Part shown: positions 61,331 through 64,000 of the stretch, piece by piece
Position numbering within the stretch: the stretch's first letter is position 1
How the letters are laid out: every line of letters begins with the position of its first letter
Origin: Vicugna vicugna
Taxonomy: Eukaryota
NCBI GenBank assembly: GCA_013265495.1
Contig: MU063896.1
Coordinates: 14,498,701-14,562,700 of the forward strand
Reading direction: 5' to 3'
Length of the DNA: 64,000 nucleotides
Translations under genes and position numbers: made by a program
The notes under the pieces: model-generated
Database searches by the model: none
Seen by the model: the letters and a program-made list of their open reading frames with translations, nothing else
What the model was told of the DNA's origin: nothing

Positions 61331-63164
61331 AGCACAGAGGGTACAGATGAAATGATTTCTTGGAATCCTCACAGTCCTAGGAACAGACTGAACTCACTCC
61401 CACCTCAGCCTTTCAACCCACCGTGGGCCCCTCACTGGGAACATTCTTTTCATCCATCCAAAGCTACCCACCCTTCCCAAACGCAGCAGCGGCCCACCTC
61501 CTCTGGAGAACCCGTTTGTCGCTCTTTCTGTCCTCACTGATGTTTCTTTCCTTTGATCTCCTGAAGCACTAAGGTACACACCACACAATTTAGATCTTAA
61601 TGGTCTACCTTCTTGAATAAACTGATACTTTATGACCTCACCTAGAATATCCTCTCCTTGCAAACAAGGACTCCCACATCCCACTCACCTAGAGAAAGGA
61701 TGAGAACTTACTTCCAAAATATACCACTTGATTGAGGGCCAGATTATTGAATATACATTGATATTTTGCAATCTTAGAAAGACTATTTAAAGAGCCCCAC
61801 TTTACATACTAGGACATCTAGGCATATGTAGGTCAGCAGGAAAAAACCAGGGAGAAGAATTAAGCTTTAGAGTTATTATCTGGCTCTAATTTAGTGGAGT
61901 CAAGCCAAAAAAGAAAAGGAAACAAAACAAAACAAGACTGGGAAATCCCCGAAGATGGCCAGGCACTTATAAAGAGCAAAGGTTGAACATTCAAAATTTA
62001 AAGGCAAATCTCAAATTAGGCAGTTGCCACAAGAATATCCAAGAATATCCAGTAGGACCTAAAAACCAAATTCAGCGAAGTTTGGCCAACTGTATAAACA
62101 ACCCCAAAACTCAGCAAGATCAGTATTTATATGCAAGGTAGTGGAGGGAAATATGCAGGAACAGCTCTATTTCTGGAGTAAGATGCCATTGCATTTCTCC
62201 TGTTGTACTGAGGATATGAGGACTCAATAATGACTACTTCATTCATCTGTTCTCTCAGTATCTTTCCATCAGCAGTCAAGGACCAGCGAATGGATCAACA
62301 CAGAATAGTGTGGTATTCCTTGACTCCAGGTCAGAAAAGCTCAGTGTACTGCAGTAAACTATCGTTTAGTGAAGATTTGATGTTGTTTTGCTTGGGCCTT
62401 GTTGAGACAGACAATGAATGGCTTCACATGTAGAGGAAGCAGTTGGTCAGCCTGTTACGATATGCTCAGACATCAAAGTTACTGTGGTCCTCTGCTGCTT
62501 AAACTATGCTGCAATTATCCTAAGTTTATTTTGTGTATCAGTTACAACATGATGGGGATGTCAATCACACAGCTCCAGTTACAGGTGTGTCAGCATTTCT
62601 ATTCTAGGTTCTTATAGTCAAGAGTTTATAACTTGGCTATAAAAAATAATCATGGAGTGAATTTTGGCACATAAAAGGCCCCTTCCCAGAAGAATTTTAT
62701 TAAAACCCAAATTAGAAAAAAGCTCTGCATGCTTTGACCTTCTTACCTTACCCACAGGCCCCCAGATGAACTAGCAAATCCTTTTCCCTCATCTTTTTTT
62801 TTTTTAATTTCTCCAATTAAATTGTGGACTTCAGGGCCTTTGGGTCAGTTTTTGACCTGACTTGTCTAGTAAAGGTTATCACTTGGAGTGAAAAGAATTA
62901 AGTTCTTTTGTGTTACACAAAGATATTTTCCTGCAGGTTGTGAAAGGAGGAGGGAAGCTTGGCTAATATTGAAACCTCACATTTGAGTTCAGGGCTGTAT
63001 TTCTGAGTGTAAACGAGATGCTAGTATTACAAATGCGCATTTATTTGCTGCCTCTCTTTTTTTGAAAGATCTTTAAAATTTTAGGTAACGAAAAACTGTG
63101 AGATCAAAGACAATCTTGTTTTTTCCTTGCAACTCCAATAACAGATATTTGCTGCAAACTGTGT

Positions 63165-63300
63165 TCCAGATACTTTATGAATATTAGGCCATTTAATACA
63201 CTAATACTGCACGGAGGCATTACTGCCTTCATTTTATAAATGTGGAAACCAAGGCTCAGACTAGTTAAGTAACTTGCCAGAGGTCACACAGCAGAAAGGG
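63165..63300 (-). mobile_element. MIR SINE
   Basis: cattttataaatgtggaaaccaaggctcagactagttaagtaacttgccagaggtcacacagc. Confidence 0.75.
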
Positions 63301-64000
63301 AGAAAAAACCCTGGCCCATGGGCAGAGGTTCAATCTTTGGGTATTCATAACAGAGGCAAGTCATGCTAAAAAATACCAGTGCTTCAGTGGAACAAAGTAT
63401 AGTTATACTGAACTACAAATTACAGTTAAATTATAGTCAAATATATACAGTACGAATTACAGTTAAATATATCCTCTACAGGGCTTAATTCTGCTAACAT
63501 ATAATAAGTGCTTGGATGGCAACTGCTAGCACTCTGCAAAGGCGGGCCCAAGTGAAATGTGGACACAGTCAGCTCCTCCAATTAGCATGCCCATGCTTGC
63601 CCACATCGTGGAAATTTGGCAATTTCCCCAGTCATCTTCAGTTCATTCGAAAAGCTTACCATGATCAAAAGCCAATAATGAAGGCTGCAAGTAGGCTTGA
63701 CTCAAAGCTAGAAAGTCTCTTGCTCTCAAAGCAGACTCCTATCCCGGGCTTGGCCAAAGCTGGGCTAAGCTTGATGGGTTACCCTCAATGGGGATTCACA
63801 TTCATGTCGGCTGAACTTGTCCTTACACAGCTGCTGGTTAGGAAAGTTTTGTTTTGATCAGACCTACTCCCAATACTCAGTAGTCAAAGTCCCATTCACC
63901 ATTTTTTCATGGTTTTCAGAAAGCATTTTTTCTTCTCGTGGTTTGTAATTTTAATTGGAGGAGAAAGGAAGGTAAAAAATTAAAAACAAGAGGAAGTAAA

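Noticed and set aside
3660-63710. About 14 AP-1 (TGASTCA) sites across the window
   Set aside because: Rough chance expectation for this length and composition is about 8-11; not clearly enriched
1-64000. CRISPR arrays, prokaryotic operons, rRNA, snRNA, NUMT or known miRNA genes
   Set aside because: Sequence is mammalian, and I found no regularly spaced repeats or matches to recalled U1/U2/U6/7SL/rRNA/mitochondrial sequences

Overview
Mammalian nuclear DNA, most likely from a camelid draft assembly. Two tRNA-derived SINEs match the camelid Vic-1 type as I recall it, and there are several young L1 3' ends and 8 N-gaps. The window reads as intronic or intergenic. It is dominated by transposon fossils (L2, MIR, MaLR/ERVL solo LTRs, hAT MITEs, old and young L1), simple repeats and a few CpG-retaining, enhancer-like unique segments. 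I recognise no protein-coding gene, RNA gene, operon or CRISPR array. The only ORF-track peptides I can assign are L1 ORF2 C-terminal remnants. Several isolated candidate exons have good splice signals on both strands, but none is confirmed. The best leads are: (1) a 55-bp duplicate of an L1 target site about 830 bp from the insertion; (2) a structured, motif-dense element at 28.4-28.75 kb containing a frame-preserving 216-nt candidate exon; (3) a 111-nt exon-like unit with one in-frame TGA; (4) a G-rich island at 46.6-46.85 kb with retrocopy-like hallmarks; (5) promoter or first-exon-like segments next to assembly gaps at about 1 kb and 39 kb. I see no convincing evidence of a wholly new biological system. 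Repeat family names come from recalled consensus sequences, and repeat boundaries are approximate (tens of bp) unless TSDs are given.
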